Origin: a bacterium
GTDB taxonomy: Bacteria > UBA8248
NCBI GenBank assembly: GCA_965219955.1
Contig: OZ244799.1
Coordinates: 96,001 to 160,000, forward strand
Reading direction: 5' to 3'
Length of the DNA stretch: 64,000 nt
Part shown: in pieces, positions 19,388 to 31,116 of the stretch
Layout: every line of letters begins with the position of its first letter
Position numbering within the stretch: position 1 is the stretch's first letter
Translations under genes and position numbers: made by a program
Notes under the pieces: model-generated
Told to the model about the DNA's origin: nothing
The model's database searches: none
The model's input: only the letters and a program-made list of their open reading frames with translations

Positions 19388-20292
19388 GAAAAGCCCAGCA
19401 ATGCCGGGATTGCCGTCATTTCGCGAGTGTAGGGGCCGCATATATGCGGCCCATCGTGCCTTCATATCCGTCGAACCAAACCGCTGAATCAGGACTTTTT
19501 CAACAGCCCCCTCAAGGGGGGTAGGGGGGGTGGTTTTCAAGGCGAGAGCCTGCGCCTCCGCCCGGTTTCGGGTTTTGGCCGTCATTCCGGCGAAAGCCGG
19601 AATCCATTTTTCGCCTTTTGCTTTTTCGTTTCTTCGTTCGGACGTCTTTAGTCCCGGGCGGGGAGGATCGGAATCGAACACAAAAAAGAAAGGCGAATCC
19701 TCTGGATTCCGTATCCGGACGCTGCGCGACAACAAGGTCGTGGCCGCCCCGACCGGTAAAAAGTCAAAATGGATTCCGGCTTTCGCCGGAATGACGGTGA
19801 GCAATCTCGAAGGTCGGCAATCACTCCCCATCAGTTTTTTTCAGTTCAACAGAGAGGGTTCACTCCCCCCTTGAGGGGGAGTCGCAGAAGCCGAGCGGTT
19901 TGTGCGAAGGCTGATGCGGTGGGGGGTAAAATGCGTTTTATCGCCATTCCGGATTATACCCCCCACCGAATCGCTTTCGGGCTTACGCCCTCAGCTCTTC
20001 GACTCCCCCTCAAGGGGGGAGTGAATTGCTCTCTCGTCGGGCGGCAAGAACCCTCAAGGGGGGAGCAACGTAGGGGCCGTTCGCGAACGGCCCTTGCCGG
20101 AGAAACGGGCGCTTCACGAAGCGCCCCTACGGGAGAACATCCCGATTCACGGCCCCGTAGGGACAGGCCTCCGTGCCTGTCCTGATTCGAACCATCCTGC
20201 AAAAGGACAACCACGGAGGGCAGGACAACCCCAAAGGGTTGTCCCTACTACAACCGCAACACCGACCGATGCAGGACTTTTCCAACAGCCCC
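19377..20292. repeat. REP mosaic 3 (TIRs, CGTC doublet, CCCCCT-N-AGGGGG hairpins, GTAG doublets)
   Basis: CGTC REPs at 19581 and 19770; cccccttgagggggag/ctccccctcaaggggggag; right TIRs ending about 19510 and 20292. Confidence 0.85.
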
Positions 20293-20304
20293 CGGCAGCT
20301 CGCG

Positions 20305-21678
20305 TCAGGCGCAGGCCTCCTCTATCGACTCCTCCAGAACGCGCACCATCCGGCTTATCTCTTGGTTCGTCACGCAGTAAGGCGGCATCAGGACGACGAC
20401 GTCGCCCAGGGGCCGCACGGCGAGGCCGCGCCTTCTCGCCGCCAGGATGACCGTGCGCCCTTTGCGCTCCGCGGGCGTGTAGGGTTCCTTTGTCTCTTGA
20501 TCCTTCAAAAGCTCCACGCCCACCATCCAGCCCAGGCCGCGAACCTCGCCGGCGTGGGGCGAGCCTTTCAGGTTTTCGAGTTCGCTCCACAGGTGGGCTA
20601 TCTTCGCCTGGTTTGTCTCGATGGTGCGTTCCCGCTCGAAAATCTCGAGGTTCGCAAGCGCTGCGGCGCAGGCGAGAGGGTTCCCCGTGTAGGAGTGCCC
20701 GTGAAAAAACGTGCGGCCCGTCTCGGGCGGTCCGCGGAATGCGTCGAATATCTCCTCGGTGGCGAGCGTCGCCGCCAGCGGCAGGTAGCCGCCCGTGATG
20801 CCCTTGGCGAGGCAGAGGATGTCGGGCACCACGCCCTCGTGCTCACACGCGAACATGGGGCCGGTGCGCCCGAAGCCGGTGGCGACCTCGTCCGCTATCA
20901 GGAGCACGTCGTGCTCCGTGCACGCCTCGCGGATTTTACGGAGAAAGCCTGTCGGCTGGGTGATCATCCCCGCTGCGCCCTGCACCATGGGTTCCACGAC
21001 CACGGCGGCGAGATGGGGCGTGTTTTCCTCGATTTGGCGCGCGATCTCATCGCCCGAACACACCGAACACGGCGGACGCTCGGCCCCCCTCGGGCACCAG
21101 AAGCAATAGGGCGTCTCCGCGCGCATGGTCTGGAAGAGCAGAGGCCCGAAGATGTGGTGGAACAGGTCGATTCCGCCCAGAGACACCGCGCCGACCGTAT
21201 CGCCGTGATAAGCCAGGTTCAGCGTGAGGAATCTGTCTTTTTCGGGCTTCGGGTCCTTTCTTTGCTTCTGGTACTGAAAGGCCATCTTGAGAGCGATTTC
21301 CACCGCCGTGGCCCCTGAATCCGAATAGAAAACTCTGGCGAGGCCCGCCGGTGCGATTTGCGAGAGCTTTTCGGCAAGCTCGATGGCGGCGGGATTCGCC
21401 ATGCCAAGCTGGGTGGTGTGGGCGATGCGGCCGAGCTGCGCGCGAACCGCGCTGTCGATCTCTTCTTTTCTGTGTCCGTGGATGTTCACCCACAGGGATG
21501 ACACGCCGTCCAGGTAGCGGTTGCCCTCCACGTCGATCAGGTACGCTCCCTCGCCGCGTTCGACGATAAGCGGGGGGTCCTCGCGCTCCCATTCGTCCAT
21601 GGGGGTGAAGGGATGCCAGAGGTGTTTCCTGTCCGCGTCCGCGAGGCGGCGGAGGCGCCCCGCTTCGTCGGCCCTCAT
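20305..21678 (-). CDS. bioA: Adenosylmethionine-8-amino-7-oxononanoate aminotransferase
   Basis: LWHPFT, DGVSSLWVNIHGH, AYHGDT, IADEVATGFGRTG, AKGITGGY, FFHGHSY. Confidence 0.93.
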   Translation of the reverse strand: MRADEAGRLRRLADADRKHLWHPFTPMDEWEREDPPLIVERGEGAYLIDVEGNRYLDGVSSLWVNIHGHRKEEIDSAVRAQLGRIAHTTQLGMANPAAIELAEKLSQIAPAGLARVFYSDSGATAVEIALKMAFQYQKQRKDPKPEKDRFLTLNLAYHGDTVGAVSLGGIDLFHHIFGPLLFQTMRAETPYCFWCPRGAERPPCSVCSGDEIARQIEENTPHLAAVVVEPMVQGAAGMITQPTGFLRKIREACTEHDVLLIADEVATGFGRTGPMFACEHEGVVPDILCLAKGITGGYLPLAATLATEEIFDAFRGPPETGRTFFHGHSYTGNPLACAAALANLEIFERERTIETNQAKIAHLWSELENLKGSPHAGEVRGLGWMVGVELLKDQETKEPYTPAERKGRTVILAARRRGLAVRPLGDVVVLMPPYCVTNQEISRMVRVLEESIEEACA

Positions 21679-22454
21679 GCGGGGCGTTCGGCGAGGATGA
21701 CGGCTTCCTGCTCGTCGAATACGAACTCGCCGTCCTCCTCGCGCGGGTCGAGCCAGTAGGATATCGCGGGCGAGGCGTTTTCGAGATAGGCGCGGAGCGC
21801 CGCCTTGTCATCGTCCGTCAGGTGGGGGCGCCGCACCCAGTTTTCGAACACCATCTTCTTCCGGAGCGTCTCGGAATAAAGGATGCGGAAACCGGCCGCT
21901 TCGAGCATCTCCACGAGGTCGGGCAGGCTGTCGCAGCGGTTGTGGCTCGGGTCGCGCAGGCGCTCGAAATCGTTGTAGCTGTCGAGTTCCTTCGGCTCTT
22001 CGGGCGCGATGTTGTCGATGTAGACGAGCCTGCCGCCCGGTTTGAGGACGCGGAACATCTCGCGCATCGAGGCCCGGACGTCCGGGAAATGATGCGGCGC
22101 GATGCGCACGGAGACCGAATCGAGCGCGCCCGTCTGGACGGCGATGTTCTCGGCGTCGGTCCTCAAGAAAGAGACGTTCCCGATGCCCTTCTCCTCCCCC
22201 AGCCTGCGCGCGGAGTCGAGCATGCCGGCGGTCAAATCGCTCGCGACCACGTGGCGGCATTTATCGGCCATCTGGTAGGCCGTGTGGCCCGCGCCCGTGG
22301 CGATGTCGAGATGCACGCCGCCGCTCGGGTTCAGCACCTCGGCCGAGCGCGCGAGGGAACTGCTCCGCGCGTGCGGCGCGCTGGTGACGTAGTAGTCCGA
22401 ATCCTGGTTGTATATCTTCTGTACGGCCTCTCGCTGCTCCCTGGACGTGTTCAT
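21675..22454 (-). CDS. Class I SAM-dependent methyltransferase
   Basis: LDIATGAGHT, RIAPHHF, RVLKPGG, RDPSH; ATGA overlap with bioA. Confidence 0.88.
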   Translation of the reverse strand: MNTSREQREAVQKIYNQDSDYYVTSAPHARSSSLARSAEVLNPSGGVHLDIATGAGHTAYQMADKCRHVVASDLTAGMLDSARRLGEEKGIGNVSFLRTDAENIAVQTGALDSVSVRIAPHHFPDVRASMREMFRVLKPGGRLVYIDNIAPEEPKELDSYNDFERLRDPSHNRCDSLPDLVEMLEAAGFRILYSETLRKKMVFENWVRRPHLTDDDKAALRAYLENASPAISYWLDPREEDGEFVFDEQEAVILAERPA

Positions 22455-22555
22455 GCGGCTCCTCGCTCGAGAACTGGAAAATCGGCTTGCGGGGGGAGTA
22501 TTTCCCGAAAATCACCGTTCAGGCAAGCGCCTGGAGGGTCGAACGCGACTGATGG

Positions 22556-23010
22556 GGGGCTGTTGAAAAAGTCCCTCTTGTCGGGGGACAAAGGCACCTC
22601 CCTACCCCCCCCTTGTCGGGGCTGTTGAAAAAGCCCTGTCCGACCTTCGAGATTGTTCGCCGTAGGGACAGGCCTCCGTGCCTGTCCTGCTCTTCGTGGT
22701 TGTCCTTCGTCAGGACAGGCACGGAGGCCTGTCCCTACAAAACCATCACGTCTGCGCCGCATGAGCCTCCTTGCCGCCGATCCCGAAACAGGCTTTTTCA
22801 ACAGCCCCTTGTCAGGGGTCAAACGCGAGTGATGAACGAGCGTTTGCATGAGCCATTGACGAGAAACACATCGTCTTGCAAAACCTCCCTCTTCGGTCGG
22901 TTTTGACCCCTGACAAGGGGGGTAGGGGGGGTTGGTTTTCATGCAGGTGGGAGGGCAATCAAATCGACCGACGAGGGCTATTTTAACAGCCCCCTCAAGG
23001 GGGGAGTGAA
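22556..23010. repeat. REP mosaic 4: outer TIR-bounded element containing a nested MITE
   Basis: ggggctgttgaaaaag at 22556, degenerate right TIR ctattttaacagcccc ending about 22993; homologous to 59183-59423. Confidence 0.75.
22618..22808. mobile_element. MITE (191 bp) carrying a GTAG REP doublet
   Basis: Perfect 18-bp TIR ggggctgttgaaaaagcc/ggctttttcaacagcccc; TSD ttgtc at 22613-22617 and 22809-22813. Confidence 0.88.
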
Positions 23011-23139
23011 ATTCTTCTCTCCACGGTCGGCTTTAATCCGCAAAAGGGAGGCCATTTTCAATGCTCCCGGAAGAGGGGGTATTCTGCGTCCAAGCGGATT
23101 CCTTACGCGGGAGTTTTCCGCATCAGGTTTCGAGGAGTG

Positions 23140-23769
23140 CTAGAGCGGCCTCAAGACCGCGCGGGCGGGCGCGCCGTCTCTTCCGGGGAACAGGGCGGGC
23201 AGGGCGATGAGCTCGTAGTCGCCCTCCGGCGCATTCGCGAGATTCAGGCCCTCGAGCAGCACGACGCCCAGCGGCATCAGCAGCGAATGGACGGGCACGT
23301 TCGGGTCGGGCGCGTCCACGCCGAGATAGTCCACGCCCAGAAGCGTCATCCCGTGGTCGTAGAGAAGCTGCCCGGCTTCTGCCGTCATGTGGCAGTAGTC
23401 GGGACTGTAGGGCTTCGACCACCACCCCTCATCGGAGTTTCGCGTCTTGATGAGAAAGCGCGTGGCGCCGTCGAGATTCTTGGTGGCGAGTTCTTCCGCC
23501 GTGATGCACTCGTGGTTTTCGACGGCGATCACGCGGGCGGGACCCATGAGGGTTTCGAGGTTCAATGTTTCGATGCCGCCCGCGTCGTGGAGATAGTGCA
23601 TGGGCGCGTCGAGATGCGTGCCGGCGTGCACGCCGAAGGTGACTTCGGTGAGGCAGACGTCATCGCCTGCGTCGAAGGATTTGTGAAAGCGCATCGAAAG
23701 CCCCGGATTCCCGGGATAGATGGGCATTTCGCCTTCCACTACGGGAACGGATATGTCGATGATGGCCAT
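23140..23769 (-). CDS. Cyclase family protein (kynurenine formamidase-like)
   Basis: HAGTHLDAPMH, GVDYL, LEGLNL, DGAPARAV. Confidence 0.9.
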   Translation of the reverse strand: MAIIDISVPVVEGEMPIYPGNPGLSMRFHKSFDAGDDVCLTEVTFGVHAGTHLDAPMHYLHDAGGIETLNLETLMGPARVIAVENHECITAEELATKNLDGATRFLIKTRNSDEGWWSKPYSPDYCHMTAEAGQLLYDHGMTLLGVDYLGVDAPDPNVPVHSLLMPLGVVLLEGLNLANAPEGDYELIALPALFPGRDGAPARAVLRPL

Positions 23770-23868
23770 GGCTCTCCTCCGGCGGGATGGGTGGGGTAAG
23801 TCGTAGAAGAATACCAAAAACCGCCCGCAGGTGTCCAAACGGGGGTTTTCGGGAGGAGGGCCTCCTCC

Positions 23869-24243
23869 TCAGGTTTTCATCGACTGGGCGGCCCTTTTCG
23901 TCGGGTGGCCGTCGCGCTTCCACCAGTCGAGTCCGCCCATGAGCTCCTTCACCCGGAAGCCGAGCCGCGTCATGTTGAGCGCGCCCTTGGTCGAGGCGTT
24001 GCAGCCGATGCCGTCGCAATAGGTGACGATGAGGGCTTCGGTGTCTATATGCCCGGTGGTCTCGGGGTTCATCTCCCGGTGCGGGATGTTGACGGCGCCC
24101 GGGATGTGTTCATGTTCAAACGCCTCGGGCGATCGCGCATCGATGACGACGACCTTCTCCCCCGCTTCGAGTGCTTCCTTCAGGTCCCACGAATCGGTTT
24201 CATAGGCCAGCTTGTTCGCGTAGTGGTCGAGCTGTTCTTTCAT
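23869..24243 (-). CDS. Rhodanese-like protein
   Basis: IDAR...HIPGA, YCDGIGCNAS, GGLDWW. Confidence 0.9.
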   Translation of the reverse strand: MKEQLDHYANKLAYETDSWDLKEALEAGEKVVVIDARSPEAFEHEHIPGAVNIPHREMNPETTGHIDTEALIVTYCDGIGCNASTKGALNMTRLGFRVKELMGGLDWWKRDGHPTKRAAQSMKT

Positions 24244-24294
24244 TGCAGGTCCTTATTCCAAGTGTTCATCATCCTTGAGGGGCAGTCTATTTCC

Positions 24295-25395
24295 CTACTC
24301 GTGCACGACGACGCTGCGGGCCACCTCGCCGTTTAAGAGCGCATCGTACGCCTCGTTGATCTGCTCGATGGGCCACTCCTTGGTGAGCAGGTCGTCGAGG
24401 TTCAGCTTTCCGGCCATGTAGAGGTCGATGAGCCGGGGCACGAAGATGCGCGGGTTGGATGAGCCGTACAGGGAGCCGATGAGGCGCTTTTCCTCCGTCA
24501 CCAGGGAGACGGGGGGTATCGAGACCCTCGATTTCACGTCCGCGATGCCCACGATGACCGCCGTGCCGCCCGTGCGCACGCTCTCGAACGCGGTGGACAT
24601 CACCTCGGGCACGCCGATGAGCTCGAAGGCGTAGTGCGCGCCCTTGCCGTCGGTGAGCGCGCGGATGGCCTCCACCGCGTCCTCATCGGAGGAGTTCACG
24701 GTGTGCGTCGCGCCGAATTTCTTCGCCATATCGAGCTTGTTCTGCATCAGGTCGACCGCGATGATGGGCTCCGCCCCGATGAGGGCCGCCCCCTGCACCG
24801 CGTTCAGCCCCACGCCGCCCGCGCCGAACACGGCCACGCTCTCGCCCGGACGCACCTGCGCGCCGTTCACCACGGCGCCCACGCCCGTGATGACGGCGCA
24901 GCTCACCACCGCCGCTTTTTCGAGCGACATGTCCTCCCGAATCTTGAGCACCGATTTCTCGGACATCACCGAATGGGAGCTGAACGTGGAGACGCCGAGG
25001 AAGTGGTGCACCCTCTCGCCGTTGATGGAAAAGCGCGTCGTGCCGTCCGAAAGCGTGCCGTCGGCGCGCATGCGGATGCCCTCGCCGCAGATGGCGGGCC
25101 GGCCCGCGAGGCAGAGATCGCACGCGCCGCAGCTGTAGCGCCACACGGTGACCACGTGATCACCCGGCTTCACCGACGTCACGCCGGGGCCCACCTCTTC
25201 CACGACGCCCGCGCCCTCATGCCCCATGATGATGGGGGTGGGCACCGGGAACAGGCCCGCGATGGCGTGGTGGTCGCTGTGGCAGACGCCGCCCGCGCGG
25301 TAGTGCACGAGCACCTCGCCTTCTTTGGGCGGTTCCACCTCGATGGGTTCGATGGTCATCGGTTTGCCGACTTCGTGGAAGATGGCTGCTTTCAT
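24295..25395 (-). CDS. Zn-dependent alcohol dehydrogenase (class III-like MDR)
   Basis: CHSD, GHEGAG, CGACDLC...C, GAGGVG. Confidence 0.92.
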   Translation of the reverse strand: MKAAIFHEVGKPMTIEPIEVEPPKEGEVLVHYRAGGVCHSDHHAIAGLFPVPTPIIMGHEGAGVVEEVGPGVTSVKPGDHVVTVWRYSCGACDLCLAGRPAICGEGIRMRADGTLSDGTTRFSINGERVHHFLGVSTFSSHSVMSEKSVLKIREDMSLEKAAVVSCAVITGVGAVVNGAQVRPGESVAVFGAGGVGLNAVQGAALIGAEPIIAVDLMQNKLDMAKKFGATHTVNSSDEDAVEAIRALTDGKGAHYAFELIGVPEVMSTAFESVRTGGTAVIVGIADVKSRVSIPPVSLVTEEKRLIGSLYGSSNPRIFVPRLIDLYMAGKLNLDDLLTKEWPIEQINEAYDALLNGEVARSVVVHE

Positions 25396-25554
25396 GGGAA
25401 TGCTCCTCGGTGGATGACATCGGCCGGGTTCTGTTTTCCTTGGCCATATTTTGTGGTTTTTCGTATTCATACCCGAAAACGGGCCGAATTGCACACGCCG
25501 GTCCTTTTTTGGCGTTGCAAGTGAGGGAGCATCCGTATATGCTCTTTGGAGATA

Positions 25555-25645
25555 GTTCCTGCTAGGGGTGTATGTGCTGAGAGCCCGGAATCGCGGGCAA
25601 CCCTTGGAACCTGCACTGGGTAATTCCAGCGAAGGGAAGCGGGCC
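25555..25645 (+). ncRNA. TPP riboswitch
   Basis: gctaggggtg...ctgagag...acccttggaacctg..ctgggtaattccagcgaagggaagc matches the THI-box pattern; directly upstream of thiS. Confidence 0.92.
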
Positions 25646-25665
25646 AAAGAATCCGGGTGTTTCTG

Positions 25666-25695
25666 GCCGCTCCCGAATCGCGGGGCGGCTTTTTT
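25666..25695 (+). terminator. Riboswitch-controlled intrinsic terminator
   Basis: gccgctcc...ggggcggc followed by T6 between the aptamer and thiS. Confidence 0.75.
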
Positions 25696-25734
25696 GATGG
25701 AATGTTACAGGGTGTCGCCTGAGGAGATGAGTTC

Positions 25735-25935
25735 TTGCGTGTCCGGGTGAACGGAGAGGACAGGGAGCTGGAAGAAGGCGTGAGCGTCGCCGCTCTTCTC
25801 GATTCGATGTCGCTCGAGGTGAACGGCATCGCCGTGGCGCTCAACATGGAGATCGTCCGCCGGGGCGAATACGGGAACACGCATTTATCCGATGGGGATG
25901 AGGTCGAGATCGTCCGCGCCGTGGGCGGGGGCTGA
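25735..25935 (+). CDS. thiS: Sulfur carrier protein ThiS
   Basis: 66 aa, VNGE, C-terminal AVGGG. Confidence 0.95.
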   Translation: MRVRVNGEDRELEEGVSVAALLDSMSLEVNGIAVALNMEIVRRGEYGNTHLSDGDEVEIVRAVGGG

Positions 25936-25984
25936 TCATGAGTGATAACGGGCGCGGCCATGAGAGCCTGCGCCGGGAGGGGGT

Positions 25985-26761
25985 ATGATGAGCACGTACG
26001 AGATTGGTGGCAGGACGTTCACTTCCCGCCTGTTGGTGGGTTCGGGCAAGTATCCGAGTTTCGCCGTGATGCGCGACTCGCTCGAGGCGAGCGGGACGGA
26101 AATCGTCACTGTCGCGGTACGCCGCGTGGACTTGACGGACGATTCCTCGGAGGGCTTCTGGGCGCATTTCGATAAGGACAAATACACGATGCTGCCCAAC
26201 ACGGCGGGCTGCTACGACGTGAAGAGCGCGGTGACGACGGCGCGGCTCGCGCGCGAGGCCACCGGGTCCGACTTCGTGAAGGTCGAGGTCATCGGAGACG
26301 AGGACACGCTCTTCCCGGACAACGAGGGCCTGCTGGAGGCGTGCCGGATTCTGCTGGATGACGGCTTCATCGTCCTGCCCTACTGCATCGACGATCCGGT
26401 GATCTGCAAGAAGCTCGAGCAGTTGGGCTGCCACGCCGTCATGCCGCTTGCGGCGCCTATCGGCTCGGGCCTGGGGATACGGAATCCCTACAACCTCAGG
26501 ATCATCCTGGAGCAGGTATCGGTTCCCGTCATCGTGGACGCGGGCGTGGGCACGGCTTCGGACGCAGCGGTGGCGATGGAACTCGGCGCCGCCGCCGTCC
26601 TGATGCAGACGGCCATCGCCGGCGCCGACGATCCGGTGAAGATGGCGCGCGCCATGAATCTGGCCGTCGAGTCGGGCAGGCTCGCGTATGAGGCCGGGCG
26701 CATCCCCATGAAGCTCTACGCCACGGCGTCGAGCCCGCTGGCCGGCGTCATCGGCTCCTAA
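25985..26761 (+). CDS. thiG: Thiazole synthase
   Basis: [36 protein letters not shown]. Confidence 0.96.
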   Translation: MMSTYEIGGRTFTSRLLVGSGKYPSFAVMRDSLEASGTEIVTVAVRRVDLTDDSSEGFWAHFDKDKYTMLPNTAGCYDVKSAVTTARLAREATGSDFVKVEVIGDEDTLFPDNEGLLEACRILLDDGFIVLPYCIDDPVICKKLEQLGCHAVMPLAAPIGSGLGIRNPYNLRIILEQVSVPVIVDAGVGTASDAAVAMELGAAAVLMQTAIAGADDPVKMARAMNLAVESGRLAYEAGRIPMKLYATASSPLAGVIGS

Positions 26762-26779
26762 GTCGTAGCCGGAAAGATT

Positions 26780-27406
26780 TTGGGATCAGCCACGCTGGAC
26801 CCGCTCTACCTCATCACGGACAGGAACGCTCCCCCGTCGGGCGATCTCCCGGGCGCGCTGGACGCCGCCCTTGCGGGCGGGGTGCGCTTCGTTCAGTACC
26901 GGGAGAAGGATTTGCCCTATGAGGAGCGCCTGAAGCTCGGTAGAGAAGTCGCCTCCCGCGCGTCTGAACACGGCGCGCGCCTGCTCGTGAACGGCGATCC
27001 GGAACTGGCCGATGCTCTGGGAGCGGACGGCGTACATCTCGGCAAGGGCACGATCTCGGTCTCGGCAGTTCGTGCGGAAGGCTATGCGGGCCTCATCGGC
27101 TATTCCGCTCATTCGGGAGAAGAAGCGGCGCGCGCGTTCTCAGAAGGGGCAGATTTCGTGACGCTCAGCCCCGTATTCCCCACCAAAAGCAAATTCTCAT
27201 CCGGCCCCCTCCTGGGGCTGGACGCTTTCGAGCGCGAACTCAAAATCGCGGGCGGCCCCGTCTACGCCCTGGGGGGCGTAGGGGCGGAGAACGCCCCGGC
27301 GTGTATCGAGAGAGGCGCGCGCGGCGTGGCGCTCATCGGCGCGATTCTGGGAGCGGACGACCCCGCCTGCGCGGCGCGGGAGGTGCGGGTGGCGCTCCGT
27401 TTTTGA
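26780..27406 (+). CDS. thiE: Thiamine phosphate synthase (ThiE/TenI)
   Basis: LYLIT, VQYREK, ADGVHLG, SAHS, SPVFPT, ALGG. Confidence 0.85.
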   Translation: MGSATLDPLYLITDRNAPPSGDLPGALDAALAGGVRFVQYREKDLPYEERLKLGREVASRASEHGARLLVNGDPELADALGADGVHLGKGTISVSAVRAEGYAGLIGYSAHSGEEAARAFSEGADFVTLSPVFPTKSKFSSGPLLGLDAFERELKIAGGPVYALGGVGAENAPACIERGARGVALIGAILGADDPACAAREVRVALRF

Positions 27407-27519
27407 TTCGTCCTGTCCCTATCCGCGCAGGGCTACTTGAGAAATCCGCGCGAATATCCAACAATAGCGGAAAATCGCCATCGATATGATTTCACCTGAC
27501 CGAGCCGGGAGGTATTCTC

Positions 27520-29470
<1,951 letters not shown>

Positions 29471-29475
<5 letters not shown>

Positions 29476-29945
29476 GGGCGTTTAGGGAAAACAGCATAGA
29501 GTTGCATTCGTTTGGGGCGGTCCTCTTTGGGGGGTCGCCCCAAACGATCTGCGATTCGTAGGAACAATCCCCCCGTGGTTGTCCCTGCTCGGATTGGGCG
29601 CTATGGGGACAGGCACGGGGGTCTGTCCCTACAGTTCTTGCGATTTTGTTCGTCATTCCGGCGAAAGCCGGAATCCATTTGCGGGTGCGGGTGAATGAAC
29701 TGCGGTGTATCCTTCCCCGCCGATGTGCGGGAACCCTGACGAAAGGCAGGAGGCGTAAAATGGATTCCGGCTTTCGCCGGAATGACGGTGGACATTCTCG
29801 ATTGGGGAGGTCGTCAACCCTTTTAGGGGACTTTTTCAACAGCCCCCTCAAGAGGGGAGTTGATTCCGAATTGACGTCCCATCGGACTTAGGGCCCCATC
29901 CGCAGCAGGGGACAACCCTTCCGGGTAGTCCTGCCCCCGTAGTTG
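29471..29945. repeat. REP mosaic 5
   Basis: GTAG hairpins, CGTC doublet at 29652 and 29761, right TIR ctttttcaacagcccc ending 29846; 29761-29846 is the inverted homolog of 36067-36152. Confidence 0.85.
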
Positions 29946-30090
29946 TCCGTCATCACTCCCGTCCGCCGGGAGAGGATTCCTCCGGGCGTTCCCGCGATTT
30001 GGCGGCGCTCGCGGGGACATGGTATCGTGGTTGCGCGCGAGGATTTCAAAGACCCATCTGAATTTTCATTCCGAGAGATGGGGACGAGAG

Positions 30091-30369
30091 ATGACGGATT
30101 ACCAGTTCTACATGTTGCTGGCTACGGCCGCCGGTCCCCTCGTGGCGCTCGGCGTCGGCGGCGCGCAATGCCTGCTGATCTTCAGCGGACTCCGGCAGAT
30201 GCGGGCGGCATCGCGCGTGCGGGAGCAGTTGCACGAGGAAATTATGGCGGCTCACACGGAAACCATGGCAGCTCACACAAAAACGATGGCGGCTTTGGAA
30301 AAGCAGCATGCCGAAAACATGACCGTGCTGAAAGAGCTCATCCGCCGTACTGGAAGCAGGATCGAGTAA
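30091..30369 (+). CDS. Small membrane-anchored coiled-coil protein with HxxxM repeats
   Basis: TM segment ending AQCLLI, HEEIMAA/HTETMAA/HTKTMAA repeats, LKELIRRT; paralog of 52215-52649. Confidence 0.7.
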   Translation: MTDYQFYMLLATAAGPLVALGVGGAQCLLIFSGLRQMRAASRVREQLHEEIMAAHTETMAAHTKTMAALEKQHAENMTVLKELIRRTGSRIE

Positions 30370-30420
30370 TTGCTCCGCAAGGGGGAGTGATTTCGAGACG
30401 TATTGCGTCGCCCGCCCTTC

Positions 30421-30539
30421 TCACCCTGCCTTTCCCAGCATCTCTCTCGCGTGTTCTCTGGCCGCATCGGTGATTTCGAGGCCCGTTCCCATGCGGGCGA
30501 TCTCCTCCACGCGCTCATCGTCATCCAAAAGCTCGACGC
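30421..30539 (-). repeat. Duplicated 3' end of recN (119 bp)
   Basis: High-identity direct repeat of 31117-31235, reading VELLDDDERVEEIARMGTGLEITDAAREHAREMLGKAG*. Confidence 0.92.
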
Positions 30540-30569
30540 TTGCGAGCGCCTCGCTTTTTCCTGCGGCGA

Positions 30570-31004
30570 TCAAAACAGTTTGATGAGTGTGGCGAGGAAT
30601 GCGACGCCGGCCACGGTCAACCCGCCGAGCCGGACCGTAATCCGGTGTTCGAGGGCCGTTAATTTGGTATCGGTGGCCTGCTCGAGAGCTTTGTTGTCGG
30701 CTTTGGTGGTCTGTTCGAGGGCCTTGATAGCCTGCTCGAGGGCCTTGATATCGGCCTTGGTGGCCTGTTCAAGAGCCTTGATGTCGGCTCTGGTGGCCTG
30801 TTCCAGTTCCTTAAAATCGGCTTTTGTAGCTAGTTCGTGAGCCTTGATAGCCTGTTCGAGTTCCTTGATGTCGGCTTTGGTGGCCAGGTTCTCGCCCATG
30901 GCGCGGCCCATCGTCGCAACGATGGCTTCGGCGTGGGCTTCCTCCAGACCGGCGGCTTTCAGGTCGCGGGCGGCTTTCAGCGTGTCGAACCGGGTGTCGT
31001 TCAT
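30570..31004 (-). CDS. DUF1640/CCDC90-like coiled-coil protein with C-terminal TM
   Basis: FDTLKAARDLKAAG...AEAIV...LATKAD head, 11-aa ATKADIKALEQ repeats, hydrophobic C-terminus. Confidence 0.8.
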   Translation of the reverse strand: MNDTRFDTLKAARDLKAAGLEEAHAEAIVATMGRAMGENLATKADIKELEQAIKAHELATKADFKELEQATRADIKALEQATKADIKALEQAIKALEQTTKADNKALEQATDTKLTALEHRITVRLGGLTVAGVAFLATLIKLF

Positions 31005-31116
31005 TTCTGCGTTCTCCCGTAGGTGAACATGGAGTCGCAAGAATCATTCTAGCACATCCGCCCTGCGAGGCGAACGCCCGGTACCGAGGCAGTCTCGCAG
31101 CTTCCGGCGTCCTCTC

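Noticed and set aside
19208-20185. ORFs containing VIPAKAGIH / WIPAFAGMT / MDSGFRRND (also near 29363-29891 and 35758-36416)
   Set aside because: These are translations of the CGTC REP palindrome, not proteins
19377-20292. Possible CRISPR array in the repeat-rich intergenic regions
   Set aside because: Repeats are inverted doublets of several families with irregular spacing, not direct repeats with uniform spacers; no cas genes
21675-22454. BioC assignment for the methyltransferase overlapping bioA
   Set aside because: Motifs fit a generic Methyltransf_11 protein (RDPSH type); adjacency alone is insufficient
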